A DNA stretch of 64,000 nucleotides from an uncultured Parachlamydiaceae bacterium (GTDB lineage: Bacteria; Chlamydiota; Chlamydiia; Chlamydiales; Parachlamydiaceae). Both the position numbers and the translations under genes were made by a program. Location: contig CAVULX010000003.1 of assembly GCA_963742415.1 (NCBI GenBank), positions 896,001-960,000 of the forward strand, given 5' to 3'. Position 1 is the stretch's first letter. Every line of letters starts with the position of its first letter. Positions 57,112-64,000 of the stretch are shown here, one piece after another. The notes below the pieces were generated by a model, which was not told where the DNA came from, did no database searches, and saw only the letters and a program-made list of their open reading frames with translations.

Positions 57112-59685
57112 ATGCCAGTTGACCCTGAAGTAGAGCGTCAAGCAGAAACCCTGGTTGCTAAAGCCAAGCATTATTTGATTACGACCATGGGCCGTGTATC
57201 AGACGAAGCCAACACGGATGAAATTTATCGGGGGCTTTGTTATGCGCTTCGTGAAGAAATCATGATAAATTGGTTAGCTTCTGCCAGGACATGGGCCTCT
57301 AAGGGGGTGCGCATGACTTATTATTTATCGATGGAATATTTGCCTGGCCGCATCTTAACAAATAACATTACAAATTTATCCGCTAATGAAATTATCCGTT
57401 TAGTCATTTACAAGCTCAACAGAAATTATGGGGATATCATTGCTAGAGAATCAGATCCGGGGCTAGGCAATGGGGGGTTAGGCCGTTTAGCGTCTTGTTT
57501 TTTGGATTCCTTAGCCACTCAACATTACCCTTCTCAAGGCTATGGTTTGCGTTATCAATATGGAACTTTTGAGCAGCAGTTATGGGATGGAATACAGGTT
57601 GAAGCCCCAGACTGCTGGCTTTTGAGTGAAAATCCTTGGGAATTTCGCCGCGATCTGCGCAAAGTGGTCGTCAAATATTGCGGTCATACAACGCCGACGA
57701 CGAATATTCATGGAGATGAGATTTTGACTCTTCAAGATTATGAAGAAGTTTGGGCCCTCCCTTATGACATCCCTATTGTGGGGTATGGGGAGCTAAATAA
57801 GTTTTCGGTGGTCACCCTTCGCCTTTGGACAACCAAAGAATCGCCGCGCAATTTTCAATTGCAGCGTTACAATGCGGGTCAATTGGATCAGGCCGCTGAA
57901 AACACAACCTTGACAGATGTTTTGTATCCTAGCGATCACCATGAAGTCGGCAAAAGGATCCGGCTAAAGCAGGAATATCTCCTAGTATCAGCCTCCTTGC
58001 ACGATATCGTACGCCATTATCTTGCTGCCCATGATAACTTTAGGGCTTTTGCCGATAAAGTCCGGCTCCAAATCAACGACACCCATCCCGCTTTAACTAT
58101 TGCAGAGCTTATCCGTATTCTCACAGCCGACCATGACATCCCTTGGAAAATGGCTGTCGATATTACTCAAGCGTGTACAGGGTATACCAATCATACCATT
58201 TTGAGCGAGGCTTTAGAGCAGTGGGATCAAAGCTTGATGTACTACCTCCTTCCTAGGCAGTATAAAATTATTGAAAAGTTAAATTTAGAATTTTGCAATT
58301 CGATTCGCACAAAGTATCCTGATGATGAAGAAAAAATCAGAAGGATGTCGATCATCGAAGACGGGAGAGTGCGGATGGCTAATCTTAGCATTCTCGGATC
58401 CCACAAGGTGAACGGTGTCGCTGCTTTGCATACAGAAATTCTTAAGCATCAGGTATTTAAAGACTTCTACGATGCCTTTCCAGATAAATTCGTTAATATC
58501 ACTAATGGAGTCACCCAGAGGCGATGGATATTGGACTGCAATCCCGAGCTCGCAAAATTTATTACCACTCGGATCGGGAGCGGGTGGATTACCGATTTTT
58601 CTCAAATAAAACAATTGGCGAAATATGCCGATGATCCTGAAAGCCAAGATGAGTTCATCCAAATTAAAAGGAGAAATAAATTCCGCTTAGTCGAGTTTTT
58701 AAACCAAGAAAATAAAATACGGAATCTCCAAGGGGAAATTGTTTCCCCTCCCCCGATTATAGATGTGAATTCTATATTTGATGTTCAAGTGAAGCGGATA
58801 CATGAGTATAAGAGACAGATAATGAATATCTTGCATCTTGTCATGTTATATTTCGAGATCATTGACGATCCCCATTCAAAAAGGATTAAACGCACAGCAA
58901 TCATTGGGGGTAAGGCAGCAGCAGGGTATGAAACTGCCAAGGATACCCTGAGGTTTATCCATTGTGTGGCGCGAAAAGTGAACAAAGATCCGGCGACCAA
59001 TGGGTTATTGAAGATTGTTTTAATCGAAAACTACAACGTTTCCCGTGCTGAGGTCATTATTCCTGCGGCTGACCTTTCCGAGCAAATTTCTGTTGCAGGG
59101 ATGGAAGCTTCAGGCACAGGCAATATGAAAATGGCGATGAATGGCGCCTTGACGATCGGGACGGATGATGGAGCGAATATCGAAATGCGCCTAGAGGTCA
59201 CGGATAAGTATTGGCCTTTCCGCTTTGGGTGTTCCGCAGATGAAATTGCTAAAATGCGAGCGGAAAACTCCTATAACCCAAGGGCGATCTATGAATCAAA
59301 CCCCAAAATTAAGCGCGCGGTAGACAGTTTGAGGGATCGCACATTTGCTACAAATGAAGCCGAGCATCAAGTGTTTAGTGATCTATTTCACAAGCTTATT
59401 GAAGGACATTACGGGGGAACGCCCGACCGTTACTTTGCTCTTAAGGATTTGGAAAGCTATTATCAAACGCAACTAGCGGTTGAAGCCAAATTCGAGAATC
59501 AGCGTGATTGGGTCAAGACGGCGATCATGAACATCGTAGGCATGGAAAAGTTCACGACAGACTATTCAATTAAAAATTATTGCGATTTGATTTGGGGAAT
59601 ATCCCCTTGTCCTTCGGATGAAGAAATTCTAGAGCGGATTCGGCATGAATATAGCTTAATGGATGTCTGCCGCGTATATAAATGA
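57112..59685 (+). CDS. glgP: Glycogen phosphorylase
   Basis: GLGNGGLGRLASCF, QINDTHP, NGVTQRRW, KRIHEYKRQ, EASGTGNMK. Confidence 0.98.
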   Translation: MPVDPEVERQAETLVAKAKHYLITTMGRVSDEANTDEIYRGLCYALREEIMINWLASARTWASKGVRMTYYLSMEYLPGRILTNNITNLSANEIIRLVIYKLNRNYGDIIARESDPGLGNGGLGRLASCFLDSLATQHYPSQGYGLRYQYGTFEQQLWDGIQVEAPDCWLLSENPWEFRRDLRKVVVKYCGHTTPTTNIHGDEILTLQDYEEVWALPYDIPIVGYGELNKFSVVTLRLWTTKESPRNFQLQRYNAGQLDQAAENTTLTDVLYPSDHHEVGKRIRLKQEYLLVSASLHDIVRHYLAAHDNFRAFADKVRLQINDTHPALTIAELIRILTADHDIPWKMAVDITQACTGYTNHTILSEALEQWDQSLMYYLLPRQYKIIEKLNLEFCNSIRTKYPDDEEKIRRMSIIEDGRVRMANLSILGSHKVNGVAALHTEILKHQVFKDFYDAFPDKFVNITNGVTQRRWILDCNPELAKFITTRIGSGWITDFSQIKQLAKYADDPESQDEFIQIKRRNKFRLVEFLNQENKIRNLQGEIVSPPPIIDVNSIFDVQVKRIHEYKRQIMNILHLVMLYFEIIDDPHSKRIKRTAIIGGKAAAGYETAKDTLRFIHCVARKVNKDPATNGLLKIVLIENYNVSRAEVIIPAADLSEQISVAGMEASGTGNMKMAMNGALTIGTDDGANIEMRLEVTDKYWPFRFGCSADEIAKMRAENSYNPRAIYESNPKIKRAVDSLRDRTFATNEAEHQVFSDLFHKLIEGHYGGTPDRYFALKDLESYYQTQLAVEAKFENQRDWVKTAIMNIVGMEKFTTDYSIKNYCDLIWGISPCPSDEEILERIRHEYSLMDVCRVYK

Positions 59686-59720
59686 TACCGCACCTTCGAT
59701 TGCTCTGACGAGGAGATGAG

Positions 59721-60128
59721 ATGCAAAATAGTGAAAACGGTCCAGAGCCGATTTCCAAAGAAAGTCTTTCGCTAGCCAAACAGCGCACTGACTTGGCGAG
59801 TGAACGCACCCAAATGGCCGCGGAACGGACTTTCTCGGCCTGGATCCGCACAGGATTGGCTGGCGTAGGAGGGGGATTGGCCATTGCCCATTTTCTTATT
59901 TTTAGAAATCCCCTCCACAAAATGGCTTCTGTCATCCTCGCCGAACTTCTTATTCTGTGGGGGGTCGGCATTTTCATTTTTTCGTATGTGAGTTATTTGC
60001 AGTTTTGCCGCCGTTTGGAACAAACCTCGGGCTACAAAACCCCGAAAGCTATCTCCGGAATTATCATTTTCATTCTGTTGCTATTCTCTATTTTCTTCCT
60101 TATTTTGAACGTCGTAAAATTCATTTAA
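59721..60128 (+). CDS. DUF202 (YidH-like) membrane protein
   Basis: LASERTQMAAERTFSAWIRTG plus three TM segments. Confidence 0.9.
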   Translation: MQNSENGPEPISKESLSLAKQRTDLASERTQMAAERTFSAWIRTGLAGVGGGLAIAHFLIFRNPLHKMASVILAELLILWGVGIFIFSYVSYLQFCRRLEQTSGYKTPKAISGIIIFILLLFSIFFLILNVVKFI

Positions 60129-60211
60129 CAAGTTCATCTTGTATTTTCTCTTTGCGGGGATCTATTGTTGTCTGATAAACTATCTTCCTGATCTAATGAG
60201 GAGAAATTGTC

Positions 60212-61201
60212 ATGCTAGCCAAGCTGGTTTATCTTGTGTTTACATCTATGTTATTTGCTTCCTTTGCTGAGGGAGCCTTTAAATTAAGGAATGGTAAACT
60301 GATCGACGCCGACGTTGTAGCGACGCTTCCTGTGCAGGAGCATTTTAATCGAGGGATAGAAGCGATAAATCAAGAAAATTGGAAAGAAGCAGCTAGGCAA
60401 TTTAAGGTGATCACGCTCACATTTCCCGATACTCCTTATGGCGCAGATTCGTATTATTATCTTGGAGTTGCCGAGTATAATCTGGATGAATTCGATTTCG
60501 CTAATGAGGCTTTTACAGCCTATTTGAAGGCCAAGAACAATCCTAAATTTTTTCAAGAAGCCATCGAATATAAATTTGCCATTGCCGACAGATTAGGCGC
60601 GGGAAGCAAAAAGAGATTTTTAGGGACGAAGAAATTGCCCAAATGGGCTTCCGGGACATCTTTGGCGCTCGAGATTTACGACGAGGTGATCACGGCGCTG
60701 CCTTGCCATGACCTAGCAGCTCGCGCCCTGTATTCAAAGGGAAGCTTGCTCTGGAATCAAAAACAATATAAACGGAGCATCGAGGCTTTCCAAATGATTA
60801 TCAAGCGGTTCCCTAAACATGAACTTGCTCCAGAAAGTTACGTTACCATTGCCAAGATCTACTTGGAGCAAAGCCGTACCGAATTCCAAAATCCGGACGT
60901 ATTGGAGTTTGCTCAGATCAATTTAACCCGTTTTCGGCATGATTTTCCAAGAGATGAGAGGATTTCAGAGGTTGAGGGGGACGTATTGGCCGTTAAAGAG
61001 ATTTATGCAAATGGGCTCTACGAGACGGGGTTATTCTATGAGAGAATAGACAAACCGAAGGCTTCCCTGATTTATTATCAAAATGCAATTAAACGTTTTC
61101 CCGAAACAATGGTTGCGATAAAGTGCATTGAGCGTTTGGAAGTTCTATGCAAACTACCCCCTGGGACAATAGGATCAAGTGAAAACCTTCCTAAAGAGTA
61201 A
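60212..61201 (+). CDS. bamD: TPR protein, outer membrane assembly factor BamD-like
   Basis: Signal peptide, repeated TPR units ending FP/YP, C-terminal GLFYER..ASLIYY..FPET. Confidence 0.78.
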   Translation: MLAKLVYLVFTSMLFASFAEGAFKLRNGKLIDADVVATLPVQEHFNRGIEAINQENWKEAARQFKVITLTFPDTPYGADSYYYLGVAEYNLDEFDFANEAFTAYLKAKNNPKFFQEAIEYKFAIADRLGAGSKKRFLGTKKLPKWASGTSLALEIYDEVITALPCHDLAARALYSKGSLLWNQKQYKRSIEAFQMIIKRFPKHELAPESYVTIAKIYLEQSRTEFQNPDVLEFAQINLTRFRHDFPRDERISEVEGDVLAVKEIYANGLYETGLFYERIDKPKASLIYYQNAIKRFPETMVAIKCIERLEVLCKLPPGTIGSSENLPKE

Positions 61202-61259
61202 GCCAAGTTTAGTTTTGATGGCCGCTGAACTTTGATCTTTCAAAATAAGAGAAGCCACG

Positions 61260-61835
61260 ATGCAGTCTATAAAATGGAATTACAAATTCAACTTTGCCGG
61301 CTTCTTGATCCTTTTGTGCCTAACAGGTTGCGGATATCAATTCGGTGCCGGAGAGTTTGCTAACACCTATAAAACGATTTCTGTGCCCCTGATAGAAGGG
61401 GATGAGGATGGGAGCTTGACAAGCGCTGTCATTGAGCAGATTTGCAAAACAGGAGGATACCAATTCTGTCCGAGCGGAGGAGCCGCTATTCTACAAGTAC
61501 AAATTATAGATTTACGTGATGAAAATATAGGTTTCCGCTATGATCGGAAAAAAGACGGAAAACGGAGAAATGAAATTATCCCTACAGAAACACGCGTGTT
61601 TATCACTGCGGAGGTAGCTTTAGTGGAATATTGTTCAGGCAAAAATCTTTTGGGTCCTGTTCAAATTACAGCAAGTGTCGATTTCGATCACGATTATTGT
61701 TCAAGCCATGGGGAAGTGAATGTATTTTCTTTAGGGCAGCTTAGCGATTATGATGTGGCTGCTGCAGCAGCTCAAAAACCCTTAAACCAAATTCTTGCTG
61801 AAAAAATTGTCGATTTCATCAACGATAGTTGGTAA
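61260..61835 (+). CDS. lptE: LptE-like lipoprotein
   Basis: Lipobox LTGC followed by GYQF; C-terminal helix LAEKIVD. Confidence 0.72.
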   Translation: MQSIKWNYKFNFAGFLILLCLTGCGYQFGAGEFANTYKTISVPLIEGDEDGSLTSAVIEQICKTGGYQFCPSGGAAILQVQIIDLRDENIGFRYDRKKDGKRRNEIIPTETRVFITAEVALVEYCSGKNLLGPVQITASVDFDHDYCSSHGEVNVFSLGQLSDYDVAAAAAQKPLNQILAEKIVDFINDSW

Positions 61836-61839
61836 TAGT

Positions 61840-62268
61840 GTGAAAACTAGCACACCAAATATGAGCAAAAATTTTTTAGCTTCTCTCGACAAGCTGTATG
61901 AGATGCTAGGTTACATTCGGGAAAAGGCTAAAGAAGCAAACTTTGATGAAGTCAACATCTCCAAAATAGAGCTTGCTTGTGAAGAGGCCCTTGTCAATAT
62001 CATCACCTACGGGTATCCTGAAGACAAAGGTTATATCGAAATCAACTGTCAAAAAACGAAAAGACCGGGAATTAAAATTACGATCAAAGATCACGGCTTT
62101 CCCCATAATCCCCTTACAAATGCAAAAGCTTTTGATCCCCAAACCCTTGCAGAAGTGCCCTCGTTAGGGGGATATGGGGTGTTTTTTATCCTTAAAATGA
62201 TGGATGAAGTCGCGTATAAATGGGAAAATAATGCAAATCTGCTAACTCTTATTAAGTACTTGACATAG
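61840..62268 (+). CDS. rsbW: Anti-sigma factor / Ser kinase RsbW
   Basis: ELACEEALVNII.YGY, IKDHG.P.NP, GGYGVFFI..MMDEV; start GTG 61840 or ATG 61861. Confidence 0.9.
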   Translation: MKTSTPNMSKNFLASLDKLYEMLGYIREKAKEANFDEVNISKIELACEEALVNIITYGYPEDKGYIEINCQKTKRPGIKITIKDHGFPHNPLTNAKAFDPQTLAEVPSLGGYGVFFILKMMDEVAYKWENNANLLTLIKYLT

Positions 62269-62280
62269 AAGTATTTAATG

Positions 62281-62415
62281 TAAGTTGAAAATTACTGAGT
62301 GTAATCAAGTTTAAAAAACCTCTGTGTTCTCTGTGATCTCTGTGGTTTATTAAAATTCAACCACAGAGATCACAGAGAACACAGAGAGACAATAAATTTT
62401 ATTATTTGCAACTTA
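62281..62415. repeat. CACAGAG-type periodic inverted repeat within short outer inverted ends
   Basis: Perfect 28-bp IR CTCTGTGTTCTCTGTGATCTCTGTGGTT (62320-62347) / AACCACAGAGATCACAGAGAACACAGAG (62359-62386); outer TAAGTTG / CAACTTA. Confidence 0.9.
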
Positions 62416-62434
62416 GTTATTTATTAAAATCGAG

Positions 62435-62863
62435 TTAACCCGTTTGAGATAATTTTTGTAAAAGGTCTTCCGTTTCTTGAATTTCAAGAAGAAACATTTC
62501 CAAAACGCGCAAAACTAGGCGAGAGGTGTTATAGACTCCCGAAGCTGCAAAAGCCAGCTCTAAATGGGGCCCTTGGGGGTGATTGACTGCAATGAGAGTA
62601 TAAGTAATGGGGATATTATTGATTTTTTCTGGAATGATCCAAACAACAAAGTTTTCATTGACTAGGGTAATTTTTTCTGTTGTCTCTATAACATTAAAAA
62701 ACCTAGTTAGGATGGGGTCGTTTTTATCTCTTTTATGATAATTTAATAGATTTAATTTTTGTAATAATTTTAAATCGATATCAATGATCCCTTCTGGAAC
62801 CCAAGAATTGATGTTCTTTATAAACTTTTGGTAACATTCTTCTAAATGAGATATATCATCCAT
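62435..62863 (-). CDS. Conserved chlamydial hypothetical protein (CT550-like position)
   Basis: 142-aa ORF between rsbW and dacC, as in the chlamydial gene order. Confidence 0.78.
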   Translation of the reverse strand: MDDISHLEECYQKFIKNINSWVPEGIIDIDLKLLQKLNLLNYHKRDKNDPILTRFFNVIETTEKITLVNENFVVWIIPEKINNIPITYTLIAVNHPQGPHLELAFAASGVYNTSRLVLRVLEMFLLEIQETEDLLQKLSQTG

Positions 62864-62977
62864 GGCAGTCGGCTCAATTATTATAAAATTATAAACAACA
62901 TAATATAAACAACATATATTTATATTATAATATAAATTACATTAAAATTTTAGGAGCAATTGGCATGCCAAAATTAA

Positions 62978-63277
62978 TTGGAGTGCGGTGCTTGACGCCG
63001 CTTAAAAAAAACCACCGAGCCAGTGAGATCACTGAGGAAAATTGAGATCAATGAGAAGTTTAACAGGATAAGCATGATCGTATACGGCAGGATAAGCAGG
63101 ATATTGAATAAAAGATTCAGGGTGGGGGAATATAATTAAGTTTAAACGATTAAAAAAATAATTTTTTTTCTTTTATCCTGCTCATCCTGCCGTATACGAT
63201 CATGCTTATCCTGTTTTTTCCTTCTCTGACTATTTGACAGTCTAAAATCAAGTCCTCACTTCCCTCGCTCTGTGGTT
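62978..63277. repeat. Composite repeat cluster: GGAGTGCGG unit, AACCAC-type arms and CAGGATAAG element copy 2
   Basis: TTGGAGTGCGG (62978), AACCACCGAGCCAGTGAGATCACTGAG (63010), IR 63062-63215, CTCTGTGGTT ending at 63277. Confidence 0.88.
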
Positions 63278-63353
63278 ATTTATTCTCAAATTTTTTTGGA
63301 GTTAATGCTTCATTTTTGATAAATTATGTGAAAGATTTTTCCAGGTCGGCGCC

Positions 63354-64000
63354 ATGTATCTATTTTTGCTGTTCTCCTTGTGGGGAACCTGTCTCCCTTT
63401 TTATCTTTCGTCTGAAATGCTAAAGCTGGATATCGATGCAGAGTCCGCAATTCTGATGAATGCCGCTTCGGGGGTCATCCTCTACGAAAAAGAACCCCAT
63501 AAATCGATGTATCCTGCGAGTGTCACGAAAATCGCGACCGTTTTGGTTGCCTTGAAGGTAAAAGGGGATTTCTTAGATGAAAGGATTGTAGTTGACCAGG
63601 AGTGCGTTGCATCGGTCAGTGAAGAAGCAAAAATGCGTTCGAATTATGCTTTGTCTTCCTATTTGTTAACTCCCGACGGCACTCACATGGGATTAAAAAA
63701 AGGGGAAGAACTTACCCTGCGAGATTTGCTTCATGGCATCATGTTGGTTTCGGCCAATGACGCCTCCAATGTGGTCGCAAAGCATCTCGGGCAAGGATCT
63801 ATTTCAGATTTTATGGCAGGGCTGAATCAATATTTAAAGGAAATAGGATGCTCAAAAACTTCTTATAATAACCCTCATGGCTTGTACCACCCAAAGCATA
63901 AAACAACAGCCTATGACCTGGCTCTTATGACTCGAGAAGGTCTCAAAAATCCACTCTTTTGCCAGATTGTTTCCACTGTGCAGTATCAGTGCCCAAAAAG
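63354..64000 (+). CDS. dacC: D-alanyl-D-alanine carboxypeptidase (peptidase S11), truncated by the right edge
   Basis: Not in the ORF track; from ATG 63354: signal peptide, AESAILMNA.SG.ILYEK, YPASVTK (SxxK), SAN (SxN), NPHGL, TTAYDLA. Confidence 0.93.
   Translation, partial: MYLFLLFSLWGTCLPFYLSSEMLKLDIDAESAILMNAASGVILYEKEPHKSMYPASVTKIATVLVALKVKGDFLDERIVVDQECVASVSEEAKMRSNYALSSYLLTPDGTHMGLKKGEELTLRDLLHGIMLVSANDASNVVAKHLGQGSISDFMAGLNQYLKEIGCSKTSYNNPHGLYHPKHKTTAYDLALMTREGLKNPLFCQIVSTVQYQCPK

Noticed and set aside
62965..63045. 26-codon ORF (MPKLIGVRC...) with AGGAG upstream
   Set aside because: It is made almost entirely of repeat-element sequence, with no independent support.
36863..63215. 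Repeats with a variable middle considered as a CRISPR array
   Set aside because: The repeats are inverted and dispersed, not direct repeats with regular spacers; no cas genes are present.

Overview
This window looks like chromosomal DNA from an environmental chlamydia (Parachlamydiales-like). Two conserved chlamydial gene blocks support this: tadA-rpsO-pnp...ftsH-tilS-lptF/G, and bamD-lptE-rsbW-hypothetical-dacC, plus glgP and oppABC. Accessory content is interleaved. (1) The 5' part of a cyclic beta-1,2-glucan synthase gene runs off the left edge and is absent from the ORF track. (2) Four tandem effector-like paralogs share an HDxxH-type motif; only copy 1 keeps an ankyrin-like tail, and decayed tail DNA follows copies 2 and 3. 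(3) An 803-aa protein carries a cryptic Cys/Met-metabolism-like PLP domain. (4) A translationally coupled operon joins an unknown protein, an Asp/Glu racemase and an amino-acid-type ABC importer. (5) Two homologous proteins form a CX5R phosphatase / probable pseudophosphatase pair. (6) A GT11-Wzx-GT2 glycan cluster and a MurF-Alr fusion are present. (7) A patch next to tRNA-Ser holds a DUF1778/GNAT toxin-antitoxin pair and frameshifted genes. (8) At least three families of intergenic palindromic REP/MITE-like elements occur, one with arms that co-vary between copies. No CRISPR array, transposase or integrase was seen. All calls come from reading motifs by eye; no database searches were run.
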